Notes: generated by a model not told the origin, from the letters alone. DNA of 64,000 nt from Octopus vulgaris (GCA_951406725.2 OX597817.1:69440001-69504000); one strand, 5' to 3'; numbered from the stretch's first letter, positions 14,330 through 25,814 are shown. Program-made: numbers and translations.

Positions 14330-15133
14330 TTGACTTTAAGGCTGCAAGGTAGCAGAATCGTTAGCGCGTCGGATAACATGCTTAGCTGCGTTCTTCCAGC
14401 TCTTTACATTCTGAGTTCAAATACCGCCGTGTTTGACGTTGTCTTTCCTCCTTCCGAGGTCAATAAAATAAAGTACCAGTCGACTGAGGTCGATGTAATC
14501 TACTAAACCCACCCCTTAAAATTGCTGGCCTTGTGTCTAAATTAGAAACCACTATTAATGACTAAGATCGTTTAGTGGCTATATCAATCAATCATCTTGG
14601 GGTTTTGTTGTTTGTTTTTAACATTTTCCGTCAACAAACCTCCCTGTGAAAGTTATAGAGACATTATTATAAACAATTATTGTGTGTACAATTGACTGAC
14701 AAGCTTTGAATGAATTACGTTGTCTATCTTCGCAGACAAACAAATATTTGAACATTTTCATTAAGTATATTGCCTTACAACGCTTAATATGTTGTTTTAT
14801 TAGAGTATTTTATGTTTTATGAGAATCTTTAATGTTTTAACTGATGAAATTAGAAGAAATATATATCGGCGAATAAACAACACATATTCTCTAATATATA
14901 AGCAATCTAGAGGATAAGCATAGACGGTTTTCTTTATTCTTTATTTTATTAGTTTAGTATAACATTTAACAAATTGCTTCTTTATATTTACTTTTGCTAA
15001 TCAGTAAATACAAAGAGTGTAAATTCAGTTTCTTATCTATTCGGATGTGACAGTTTTCGTTGATAGTTTTCTGTTACAGCATTTAAAACATTTAGATAAC
15101 TACTCTTATTTATTATCTCTTTCATGAAATCGG

Positions 15134-15185
<52 letters not shown>

Positions 15186-15281
15186 TGCGTGCGTGCGTGT
15201 GTGTGTGTTGTGTGTGTGTGCACCCACAAAATTATGCATTTGTGTGTATGTGTGATGACATGGTCTGTATGCATATACGTA

Positions 15282-15323
<42 letters not shown>

Positions 15324-16019
15324 AATGCATAATTTTGTGGGTGCTCACACACACACATACATGCGCGCGCGTGCGCACACAGAACTGTATACAGAATAAC
15401 ATATATCTGTGTGTGTGTGTGTGCATACATGTGTAGGCGGAGTATGATCGAATGGTTATGAAATTAGCTCTACATAACTACAAGGTCCCGGGTTCGATTC
15501 TTCTGCGTGGCGTCTTGGGGCGAATATCGTTTTCCTATAACCTTGGGTTGACCTATACCTTGCGAGTGGAACAGTAGACGGAAGCTGTATAGAAGCCTGC
15601 CAGGTAGATGGTATCTGTAATTCAAAGGATATTACACTATGACACTCACACCCTGTGTCACGCTGGTGCTGACAGAAACTTACGTGAGGGACATACTAGT
15701 CTGTGGAATGTTCAACGTGTTAGTTCAATGTGTTAGTTTAAGAACTACGGAGATTCACAATGTGTGTGTGTATACACTTATATACATGGTGAAATTTTAA
15801 GATTTTAAAAAGTCAAGGCAAACAGAAAAGATCCTATACACACACACACACACACATATTTGTATATATATATATATATATATGGCCACAGCTAGTGAGC
15901 TGAAACTAGATAAATAAATAAATATATATACATATATATGAATGAAAGAATATGTATATAAATATGTGTGTGTGTGTATATAAAGAATATATATATATAT
16001 AGTTCTCAATACTCAGCCC

Positions 16020-16780
16020 AGTCTTATTCATTATAGTCCGCCAGGCCATAGCAGAGGATTTCAAAACTGAGTGCCCATGAGAACTATGATATACTTATGA
16101 CCATGATCTAATTGCAGAATCTTTAGCAGAATTGGAGAAGAAATTCCAGATATGGAAACAAAACCTGGAATCAAAGGGCCTTAAAGTTAACCTAGCTTAG
16201 ACAAAAGTGGTTGTTAGTAAGAAAGAAGATAAAACTTTCTTTCTTTCAGATAAATGGCTCTGCTCCATATGTAGGAAAGGAGTTGGAAGAAATTCCATTT
16301 GCTGCAACCAGTGTAAACTATGGACACATAAGAGGTGCAGTGGTATCACAGATAAATTAACAGATAGTGTAGTCTTTGTATGTGGTAGATGTGCAGGAGC
16401 AATAAGCATTAAGAGCTCACAGGAATTAGATTCTCTCAAATGCCCAGAAGGCTCTCTTGAGGTTGTAGATAGTTTCTGTTACCTAGGTGACCAAATTAGC
16501 AATGCTGGAGGATGCTCTGAAAACATTGTTTCTAGAATAAGAATTGGGTGGATGAAATTCAGCGAGCTATTACCTCTGTTGGCTACAAAAGGCCTCTCTA
16601 TGTTGGTTTGGACATGTGATGCATATGAATGAGGACAGCTGCATAAAGAAGTGCCAATCACTGAAAGTGTATAGTACTCATAATACTTAGGAAGACATGG
16701 GATGAAGTGGTAAGGACTGATCTCAGGAAGCTGGACCTCACAGAGGAAATGACCATGGACCAAGATGTCTGGTGAAGACC
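16020..16780 (+). pseudogene. RTE-X-like LINE ORF2 fragment with PHD-type finger inside the RT region
   Basis: ORF 16207-16632: CSICRKGVGRNSICCNQCKLWTHKRC...CGRC then LEVVDSFCYLGDQIS...RIRIGWMKFSELLPLL; downstream RKTWDEVVRTDL; internally deleted. Confidence 0.8.
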
Positions 16781-17729
16781 CACTCACATCAGTGAAATTG
16801 AGTTCTAGAAGTGCTATATGTCCCACCCCACACTTAACAAGAAAACTTCTCACACACTCTACCACAACGAACCAAACTACATCTCTACAGCCCATCTCTT
16901 CCTCACATTTCTGTTTCATGTACTATGGTTACCTCTCACTCCCCAATATTGTCCTCTTGGCCCTGTGTCACTGTGTCGTTTCTCTCTGCTTGCCATTAAC
17001 CTGTGTATTCTACCCACATGCCTTGTCTCATTCTGTTATTGCCATCCGCTAGCCCCAACCTGGTGGTTCCACCTACACATAACAAGAAAACTTTTCCCTC
17101 GCCCTGCTCCAACAAACCAATTTACATCTCTTTCTTGTATTTCCTCTTTCATTCACTATGCCTAGCTCTCACTCCCCAATCCTGTCCTCACACCCCTGTT
17201 CTTCTGTATCATTGCTACCCGGTAGCAAATGAAATAAGTATAAGAATGTGCATTGTCCATTTAATTAAAAAAAATTCTGTATGTGGCTGAAGATTGCTCG
17301 ACATTTTAAAACTGATGTAATACTTACAGTGTTAAATAAAATGAAGTAGCATGAAACAATTGTACTACACTACCTTGGATATCTTTGTTGCTTATTTTGA
17401 TTGTATTTATATATATATACTCTTTTCACCTCGTTGTGTCCCTGTCATATTTTCTCGCCCCTCCTTATTTCTTCTGTCTCTCTGCCTCTACCTCTCTCTT
17501 CTCTCCCCACATGACCAGTGTTCGGCCAAGCCTGACCTTTCTGTCTTGGTTCGGCCATTGTCCATGCAACATCTATATTCTTCCCTGTGCCTGTGAAATC
17601 TTGTATCCCTGCTGTAAGGCTTTACTTCCACACATGCCAGCTTAATTTAATTCGTCCTTAGTCAAAAGACACCTGTCGTTACATCCTCTTATTTGTATTT
17701 GTGTAACTTACTCCATTTTTTCCATCCTT

Positions 17730-17990
17730 GTTTTTGTATACATTCGCTGCTTTCTTCTAAGGAATCTAATGCTCTTAGCTTAGTTTTTCCTTGGGGCTGG
17801 CCAGATTGGATCAATCTCAAGTATAACCAGCCAAAATTGCAAAGATAATCTGGAACTCGACTGAAGAAAGAAAACTATGAATGACTCGTCCATGTTTTCT
17901 TTGTATCGTCTATCTGGGTGTTTTGTTGTCCCTTTCTTGTATCACCTAACTGTCTGGATGTTTTGCGTTCTTGTCTCATTTTTTATCTTA
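17730..17990 (+). mobile_element. pLTR-like repeat family copy ending in (TA)n
   Basis: Homologous to 3345-3572 (reverse) and 30945-31086. Confidence 0.6.
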
Positions 17991-19139
17991 TATATATATA
18001 TATATACATACATGCACACACGTACATACATAAATACGCATAGACACCCTAGTCAAACTGTCTTCTACTATAGCTATTTTTCATCTTTAATAAACCTGTT
18101 CTGCTTTTTTGACAACACAGGTATACTAGTAAATACAATAATTATTGTTCAGCTGTCATGAAATTTCTTGGCGCTTATACTAAATGATGAAATGAATACT
18201 AATTTTCCAAAGAAAATATATGTATTATCTTGAAATGAAATTAAATGAAACGAAATTTCTCATTTGTGTATTTGAAAATAAATATAAGGTAATATTTTGC
18301 AAAATTTTAAACTACATAATCACAAAGTACTTCTTTGAAAACCAATCTCTGCAAAATTTCATTACAATAATATGTATATTGTTTAAAATGTCATAAGACA
18401 CTTACCCAGTACCTCTTATGTGAACACTCTCTGCATATCTCATTTACGCTTTCTACTTTTCTCTCAATATGGTGTAAAGCTTAACTGGGGTATTAGCCAG
18501 CCAGCCAATTAACCAACCAATCATGATTTATATCGGTTATTGTTAAATACATGATCTTCTCCCCAACACCCCCTTACTGAGTAGCATTCATATACTCATT
18601 GCTTGCATTCATATACTCAAAGCACTCATCATGCACTTGTCTCTAAACAATATAAAGCGTGACCAGAGAAATCCTTCGAACAACCAACATTTATATGTAT
18701 ATACATGTGAGTATGTGTGTATGTGTGTGTGCTGGTTGTTATTATACAGAGATAGATTTTCTCTCTATGTTATAGAGTTCTTTTAATCATTGCCTCCTTC
18801 TAAGCACTCATCTTTTGCACCACTTCTGTTAACTGCTTCTGTATGTATTTTGCTTTTGGTCTTCCTCTTTCTAAATGATGTAAAACGTGATGGGATAAGG
18901 CATACAGCCACCCAACCAACCAATGTCTATATAGACCATCAATTATTGTGCAAGGATAAGCAGTATCTCTTTATAATATATAATGCATACACACATAGCT
19001 ACGTAAACCCACAATTTCTTTACCTCTTCCTACCAGCTGTATGTCAAGTTTATGTGTGTGCATGTGTATATACATGTGTGTGTGCGTGTGTTTATATATG
19101 TGTGTGTAAAAGTTATATGCATATTTGTATATATAAATG

Positions 19140-19189
<50 letters not shown>

Positions 19190-19365
19190 TAAGAAAGTTT
19201 GTTTGGTAAAGCACGTGGGTGAATATATAAGAAAATAGTAAAGTGTGAAAAAACGACAGAAGGCTTAAATGTTAAAAAATATATATATTTGTGTCAAAAT
19301 GTCTGGAGAATATTGGAAAAATTTTTTTTTCCTTTCCTTAAAATGACATAATTTTAAAATTTTTA

Positions 19366-19405
19366 AAGAAATTACCGGTTTCGCGTATAGCTTTTCAAAT
19401 TTCTT
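19366..19405 (-). ncRNA. Minimal type-I hammerhead ribozyme variant (UUGAAAA core) in PLE pLTR
   Basis: aagaaat-TTGAAAA-GC TATAC GC-GAA-ACCGGT-A-atttctt: 7-bp stem I, 2-bp stem II, palindromic stem III, GUA site. Confidence 0.75.
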
Positions 19406-19540
19406 GTGACGTTATGTTTATATTGCATGGAATTATCGTTGTTTTTATTTCCAGGAGATTTCTAAATAAGGGGAGGTAGTGAGTGATTTTTTCCGGTGTA
19501 GGGGAGATAATCGCTTAAAAATTTTTTTCCCATTTCCTTG

Positions 19541-20994
19541 TTAATTTCTCTGTGTCAGTATGTTCGGATGGTTGAGTCTGGGTTTGTACTTTTCAATGAA
19601 GAATGTTTCCTTGTTCAGTCTCATTTGTGTTGATGATCCGAAAGCACATTGGTAAAATGGGAAGATTAAAAATTGTGGCAGTAGTTGCTTTGCGCATTTC
19701 TCAATGTGCTCACTAAAAGGTATCATTCTATATTCTGGGAATGCAATCTGTTGTCGATGCAGTGTGCATCTGCGCCTGAGTGATAGTCCCGTGGAACCCA
19801 CGTAGTCTTGGTGGCAGCCCGAGCATTTAATAACATAAATTATGTTTTCAGAGGCACAAGTAAAGTTAGATTTGATCTTAAATTTCTGTCCCTCTTTAAA
19901 GAAGAATTCTGATCCTTCCAATAGGTTAGGACATGTTGCACAGTTCGATCTACCACATTTTTTTACTTTTGCATCCGTAATTTTAGAAGACAATTTTGCC
20001 TTTGTGAGAATCTTTTTAAGTGATTTAGGCTGTTTGTAGCTTTTAATGATTTGGTGTATGTTTAGAATTTCCTTTAATTTTGGGTTTTTATGAAGTATTG
20101 GTAAATTCTGGGTGATGATGGTGAAGGCTTCTTTGTTTCTGGGGTTGTATGCAGATATGTAAGGTAGTATTTTCGGGGAAGGTGTGTTGTTGTGTTGAAC
20201 TTTTCTTAAAGTTTCTATGTTGATTTCTGTTGCATGTCTGATCCCATCCTCTATGAGTTGAGCTGGGTAATGTCTGTCAATTAGGGTGTTTTTGAGTTCT
20301 TGCAGTCTAAAGTTCCTGGTATTTTGTTCTGACACTATTGTGCATATCCTTCTTGCAAGGTTGAAGGGGATGTTTGTTTTAGTGTGTCTTGGGTGGCATG
20401 AATTAAAAGAAGGTATTGTTTGGCGTCTGTGGCTTTGTAAAAAATGTCTGTTTCTATTTTAAGGTTAATTTTTTTAATTAGTATATCCAAGAACGGGAGC
20501 TCCTTTTGGTTGTATTCCATTGTGAACTGTATATTTGGGTTTATGCTGTTCAATAGGTTTTTAAATTTTAGGAGTTTATCTATGTTTTCATTCCAGAGAA
20601 TGAAACAATCGTCTAGGAATCGTTTCCAATTCTCTTTTATGTATTGAGAGAGGGAGTTTCCAAAGATTGATAGAGATTCCTGGTAAATGATTATTTCCAT
20701 GTATCCCATTGTTAAGTTCGCAATGACTGGTGCTGCCCTTGTACCCATAGCAATTCCGGATTTTTGACGGTAAAATGTATTGTCAAACATGAAGTGGTTA
20801 TTGTGTAGGATGAATTCAATTGATTTAGTAATGAATTCCTTACTGATCCTTTTTGGTATTTCTTCCGGAAATTGGTCTAACCAGAATTGTATTGCCTCCA
20901 GTCCATAATTATGAGGTATACTGGTATACAAGTTGACTACATCAAATGAAACCAGGATTGTTTCTTCCTTGGTTTTTTTTGGAAGGTGGTTTAA
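19541..20994 (-). pseudogene. 5'-truncated inverted copy of the PLE RT/GIY-YIG ORF with a 1-nt frameshift
   Basis: ORFs 20335-21045 and 19541-20335 reproduce the 3' part of the 21656-23521 protein; deletion in the T-run near 20405. Confidence 0.95.
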
Positions 20995-21260
20995 TGTCAA
21001 GCAACATCCCACATACAAGAAGTTCGAAACAAAAATATTCCCCATACAGAAATTTTACACACACCACAAGCATTAACAACCATAGATTCCCACGCACACA
21101 CAACGATCGGAGGCAACAATACCACCACTCCCCCGACCAAATACCACACAACCTCACAGACAACTCATACAAACAAAATTACACCCAACATTTTTTAGCC
21201 AGGGACCAGGGACACCAGGACACAGGCTGGAACCTAGTAATAAGGAAAAACCGAAGATAA
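20994..21260 (+). CDS. PLE upstream ORF1 (N/H/Q/T-rich, possibly 5'-truncated) overlapping the RT frame
   Basis: Open from the inversion junction to TAA at 21260; reads ...NYTQHFLARDQG... across T TTT TTA at 21191-21197. Confidence 0.55.
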   Translation: MSSNIPHTRSSKQKYSPYRNFTHTTSINNHRFPRTHNDRRQQYHHSPDQIPHNLTDNSYKQNYTQHFLARDQGHQDTGWNLVIRKNRR

Positions 21261-23521
21261 TCAATCTTTCAACCAAACCTCTTTCTAACATAAAAATTGA
21301 CATCCTCGCAAAAGGGCTCAAATTTACACCAACTCCACGCAGAGCAAACCTAAATGAACTCAAGGATAATATAACAGAATTTTGCAGAAAATTAAGACTA
21401 GCAGAAGCATCAAACAGTTTCAATACTGAAGATGAATCACTTGTCAAGAACAAAAGTGAACACATCCCACACAGAGGAAGAAATAAAGATCTTGACGAAT
21501 TCTGTAACCACATTGAGAACTTCCCCTACCATACTATACATAAACAGAAAGCTAACCCAAATTTTAACAATACACAATGGAAAGAACTGATAGAACTCCA
21601 AAATGATGAAGATATAACCATTAAGGAAGCGGACAAGGGAAATGCAGTTGTAATAATGGATACATCATACTACAGAAATCTTGTAATTTCCTTGCTTGAT
21701 GAAGACCTACATTATGAAAAAATTACCAACTACACCCCACAAAAAATAATGAAAACTCTATCTTCACTAATTAAAACCCATGAAAAGGAACTGACAACCA
21801 AAGAGATTGATTTCCTAACAAACTTTAAATGCAAACCTAGCCTTTTCTATGGTCTGCCAAAAATTCATAAAAGTCAAATTATAAATGAAACCATTAAAAA
21901 ATCACCAAAGACATACATACACACACCTAATCCGGGGGACCTAAAACTACGACCCATTGTAGCTGGCCCAACCTGTGAAACACACAGACTAAGTCTACTT
22001 ATGGACATCCTCTTGAAACCCTTCCTTAAACATATCGATAGCCATATCAGAGATGACTTAGATATGTTAAACCACCTTCCAAAAAAAACCAAGGAAGAAA
22101 CAATCCTGGTTTCATTTGAAGTAGTCAACTTGTATACCAGTATACCTCATAATTATGGACTGGAGGCAATACAATTCTGGTTAGACCAATTTCCGGAAGA
22201 AATACCAAAAAGGATCAGTAAGGAATTCATTACTAAATCAATTGAATTCATCCTACACAATAACCACTTCATGTTTGACAATACATTTTACCGTCAAAAA
22301 TCCGGAATTGCTATGGGTACAAGGGCAGCACCAGTCATTGCGAACTTAACAATGGGATACATGGAAATAATCATTTACCAGGAATCTCTATCAATCTTTG
22401 GAAACTCCCTCTCTCAATACATAAAAGAGAATTGGAAACGATTCCTAGACGATTGTTTCATTCTCTGGAATGAAAACATAGATAAACTCCTAAAATTTAA
22501 AAACCTATTGAACAGCATAAACCCAAATATACAGTTCACAATGGAATACAACCAAAAGGAGCTCCCGTTCTTGGATATACTAATTAAAAAAATTAACCTT
22601 AAAATAGAAACAGACATTTTTTACAAAGCCACAGATGCCAAACAATACCTTTTTTTTAATTCATGCCACCCAAGACACACTAAAACAAACATCCCCTTTA
22701 ACCTTGCAAGAAGGATATGCACAATAGTGTCAGAACAAAATACCAGGAACTTTAGACTGCAAGAACTCAAAAACACCCTAATTGACAGACATTACCCAGC
22801 TCAACTCATAGAGGATGGGATCAGACGTGCAACAGAAATCAACATAGAAACTTTAAGAAAAGTTCAACACAACAACACACCTTCCCCGAAAATACTACCT
22901 TACATATCTACATACAACCCCAGAAACAAAGAAGCCTTCACCATCATCACCCAGAATTTACCAATACTTCATAAAAACCCAAAATTAAAGGAAATTCTAA
23001 ACATACACCAAATCATTAAAAGCTACAAACAGCCTAAATCACTTAAAAAGATTCTCACAAAGGCAAAATTGTCTTCTAAAATTACAGATGCAAAAGTAAA
23101 AAAATGTGGTAGATCGAACTGTGCAACATGTCCTAACCTATTGGAAGGATCAGAATTCTTCTTTAAAGAGGGACAGAAATTTAAGATCAAATCTAACTTT
23201 ACTTGTGCCTCTGAAAACATAATTTATGTTATTAAATGCTCGGGCTGCCACCAAGACTACGTGGGTTCCACGGGACTATCACTCAGGCGCAGATGCACAC
23301 TGCATCGACAACAGATTGCATTCCCAGAATATAGAATGATACCTTTTAGTGAGCACATTGAGAAATGCGCAAAGCAACTACTGCCACAATTTTTAATCTT
23401 CCCATTTTACCAATGTGCTTTCGGATCATCAACACAAATGAGACTGAACAAGGAAACATTCTTCATTGAAAAGTACAAACCCAGACTCAACCATCCGAAC
23501 ATACTGACACAGAGAAATTAA
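21086..23521 (+). CDS. PLE reverse transcriptase + GIY-YIG endonuclease (Neptune/Naiad-like architecture); stop-to-stop frame, first ATG only at 21656
   Basis: IINLS...LAKGLKFTPTP, IKEADKGNAVVIM, FYGLPKIHK, LRPIV, GIAMGTRAAP, WKRFLDDCF, LPFLDI, CGRSNCATC linker, NIIYVIKCSGC..YVGST, KPRLN. Confidence 0.95.
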   Translation: MPTHTQRSEATIPPLPRPNTTQPHRQLIQTKLHPTFFSQGPGTPGHRLEPSNKEKPKIINLSTKPLSNIKIDILAKGLKFTPTPRRANLNELKDNITEFCRKLRLAEASNSFNTEDESLVKNKSEHIPHRGRNKDLDEFCNHIENFPYHTIHKQKANPNFNNTQWKELIELQNDEDITIKEADKGNAVVIMDTSYYRNLVISLLDEDLHYEKITNYTPQKIMKTLSSLIKTHEKELTTKEIDFLTNFKCKPSLFYGLPKIHKSQIINETIKKSPKTYIHTPNPGDLKLRPIVAGPTCETHRLSLLMDILLKPFLKHIDSHIRDDLDMLNHLPKKTKEETILVSFEVVNLYTSIPHNYGLEAIQFWLDQFPEEIPKRISKEFITKSIEFILHNNHFMFDNTFYRQKSGIAMGTRAAPVIANLTMGYMEIIIYQESLSIFGNSLSQYIKENWKRFLDDCFILWNENIDKLLKFKNLLNSINPNIQFTMEYNQKELPFLDILIKKINLKIETDIFYKATDAKQYLFFNSCHPRHTKTNIPFNLARRICTIVSEQNTRNFRLQELKNTLIDRHYPAQLIEDGIRRATEINIETLRKVQHNNTPSPKILPYISTYNPRNKEAFTIITQNLPILHKNPKLKEILNIHQIIKSYKQPKSLKKILTKAKLSSKITDAKVKKCGRSNCATCPNLLEGSEFFFKEGQKFKIKSNFTCASENIIYVIKCSGCHQDYVGSTGLSLRRRCTLHRQQIAFPEYRMIPFSEHIEKCAKQLLPQFLIFPFYQCAFGSSTQMRLNKETFFIEKYKPRLNHPNILTQRN

Positions 23522-23657
23522 CAAGGAAATGGGAAAAAAATTTTTTAAGCGATTATCTCCCCTACACCGGAAAAAATCACTCACTACCTCCCCTTATTTA
23601 GAAATCTCCTGGAAATAAAAACAACGATAATTCCATGCAATATAAACATAACGTCAC

Positions 23658-23697
23658 AAGAAATATGAAAAGCTATACGCGAAACCGGTAATTTCTT
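23658..23697 (+). ncRNA. Minimal type-I hammerhead ribozyme variant in PLE pLTR (core AUGAAAA in this copy)
   Basis: aagaaat-ATGAAAA-GC TATAC GC-GAA-ACCGGT-A-atttctt, ~135 nt after the ORF stop. Confidence 0.7.
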
Positions 23698-23889
23698 TAA
23701 AAATTTTAAAATTATGTCATTTTAAGGAAAGAAAAAAAAAAATTTTTCCAATATTCTCCAGACATTTTGACACAAATATATATATTTTTTAACATTTAAG
23801 CCTTCTGTCGTTTTTTCACACTTTACTATTTTCTTATATATATATATATATATATATATACGAGAATGAAGCAACAAGAATGGATAGGT

Positions 23890-23980
23890 TTTTAGTACAA
23901 TCGTTTCATACAAGGACAGGTTTTATTAAAAGTTGCAAAAATTACAGCATATAAACGTGTCCCGTACTCATCAGCTAAAA
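23890..23980 (-). ncRNA. Type-I hammerhead ribozyme with long stem II
   Basis: Reverse complement of 24412-24502. Confidence 0.85.
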
Positions 23981-24411
23981 TACATGTGAGTTCTCTAGAC
24001 ATCCTAGTGGTTGAGGCTATACTCATGAAGTAATGTAGATAATTAAACAGATTTCAAAAGTTCATTAAAGTTCCTTAAAGATGATGTACAGTCTTATCAC
24101 AGAATTTTAAAAAAGTCTGTAATGCTAATAAGCAGGAATTGAAACCCACCTCGTTGTAATTAACAATGGATAAATTTGTCTTCTGTGAGTATGTAATCCC
24201 TCATCATATCTCTGGAAATTCATATGTGCACTATGGATTAGGTCACCTCCTCTGTGATGCTATTAAGACTTTTTAAAATTCTGTGATAAGACTGTACATC
24301 ATCTTTAAGGAACTTTAATGAACTTTTGAAATCTGTTTATGTTACTTAATTATCTACATTACTTCATGAGTATAGCCTCAACCACTAGGATGTCTAGAGA
24401 ACTCACATGTA

Positions 24412-24502
24412 TTTTAGCTGATGAGTACGGGACACGTTTATATGCTGTAATTTTTGCAACTTTTAATAAAACCTGTCCTTGTATGAAACGATTGTACTAA
24501 AA
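24412..24502 (+). ncRNA. Type-I hammerhead ribozyme with long stem II
   Basis: ttttag-CTGATGA-GTACGGGACA...TGTCCTTGTAT-GAAA-CGATTG-TA-ctaaaa. Confidence 0.85.
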
Positions 24503-24648
24503 ACCTATCCATTCTTGTTGCTTCATTCTCGCTTATAATCACCCCACATTACTGTATTGTTAAATCAGTATAGTTTTTTTTGGTGCATCTAAGTTAGGTA
24601 CCATATTCAAGTAAATTCATTTAAATTAACTTGAATCTTTATTGCTTT

Positions 24649-24686
<38 letters not shown>

Positions 24687-24689
<3 letters not shown>

Positions 24690-25074
24690 AGTGGCTGTGT
24701 GGTAAGTAGCTTGCTAACCAACCACATGGTTCTGGGTTCAGTCCCACTGCGCGGCATCTTGGGCAAGTGTCTTCTGCTATAGCCCCGGGCCGACCAATGC
24801 CTTGTGAGTGGATTTGGTAGACGGAAACTGAAAGAAGCCTATCGTATATATGTGTATGTATGTGTGTTTGTGTGTCTGTGTTTGTCCCACTAGCATAGCT
24901 TGACAACCGATGCTGGTGTGTTTACGTCCCCGTCACCTAGCGGTTTGGCAAAAAAGACCGATAGAATAAGTACTGGGCTTACAAAGAATAAGTCCCGGGG
25001 TTGATTTGCTCGACTAAAGGCGGTGCTCCAGCATGGCCGCAGTCAAATGACTGAAACAAGTAAAAGAGTAAAAA
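24687..25074 (+). mobile_element. tRNA-derived SINE (octopus OR-type) inserted in (TA)n
   Basis: aggagTGGCTGTGTGGtaag...GGTTCAGTCCC head, tail gactgaaacaagtaaaagag; copies at 30344-30776, 39013-39166 (-), 46845-47030, 50934-51140. Confidence 0.85.
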
Positions 25075-25112
<38 letters not shown>

Positions 25113-25164
25113 ACACACACAAATATGTATGTGCATGTGTGTGTATATATATATATATATATGT

Positions 25165-25196
<32 letters not shown>

Positions 25197-25781
25197 GACT
25201 GTGTGTATGTGAATATATATATACATGTGTGTGTGTGTACATATAGGAAGTTAAAAGACCAAATACTTCTTAGTTTTCTGTTACAAACAAACAAATTATA
25301 TGGCTAAATGTGATAAAGGCTGTTGTTTCAGTATAGAAAACTCGTGGAAAATGTGTCTCATTGTACTGAATACACCCATTCTTCAGAGAAATCTACAGAG
25401 CTATGCAAAATATTGTTTGGAAATGACTGTAATTTTTTTCGTAATTACATTTTGTAAACTCGTGTGTGTGTGTGGGTGTGTTTGATTGTGTGCATGTACG
25501 TGTGTGTGTATATGTAAAAAATATAAACTGAGTGAAAATGATAATAATAACATTTTAATATTTCATGTGCTTTTAGAAAGAACATTATATGCATATAGAA
25601 ATATATCCATACATGTGTGTGTGTGTGTGCACATACATATAAGTAGATATATATATATATTTATATATCTATATATATATATACATGTATAAATATACAT
25701 ACATGTATGTGTATATATATATATAGAGAGAGAGAGAGAGACACACACACATATATATGCATGCATGTATGTGTGAATATA

Positions 25782-25814
<33 letters not shown>

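Larger units (their letters stand above)
19188..23841. mobile_element. Penelope-like retroelement, head-to-head inverted dimer inserted in (TA)n
   Basis: Arms 19223-20994 and 22067-23841 are near-identical reverse complements; unique spacer 20995-22066; (TA)n on both sides; 35-bp extra tail 19188-19222 on the left arm only. Confidence 0.97.
23861..24652. mobile_element. Non-coding fold-back element with two inverted hammerheads, (TA)n-flanked
   Basis: Arms ~23861-24118 and ~24265-24531 are near-perfect inverted repeats; ~120-bp tail on the right arm only. Confidence 0.9.

Noticed and set aside
15218-15344. 24-26-bp inverted repeat within GT/TA microsatellites as a mobile element
   Set aside because: No other copy, ribozyme or TSD seen; could be local template switching.
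17859-17890. UGAA...UGAC as a SECIS quartet
   Set aside because: Only ~16 nt separate the quartet strands, far too short for SECIS helix II.
20946-20993. 5' part of ORFs 20946-21260 and 20335-21045 as real coding sequence
   Set aside because: These ORFs cross the inversion junction at 20994/20995, so the extra residues are antisense read-through.
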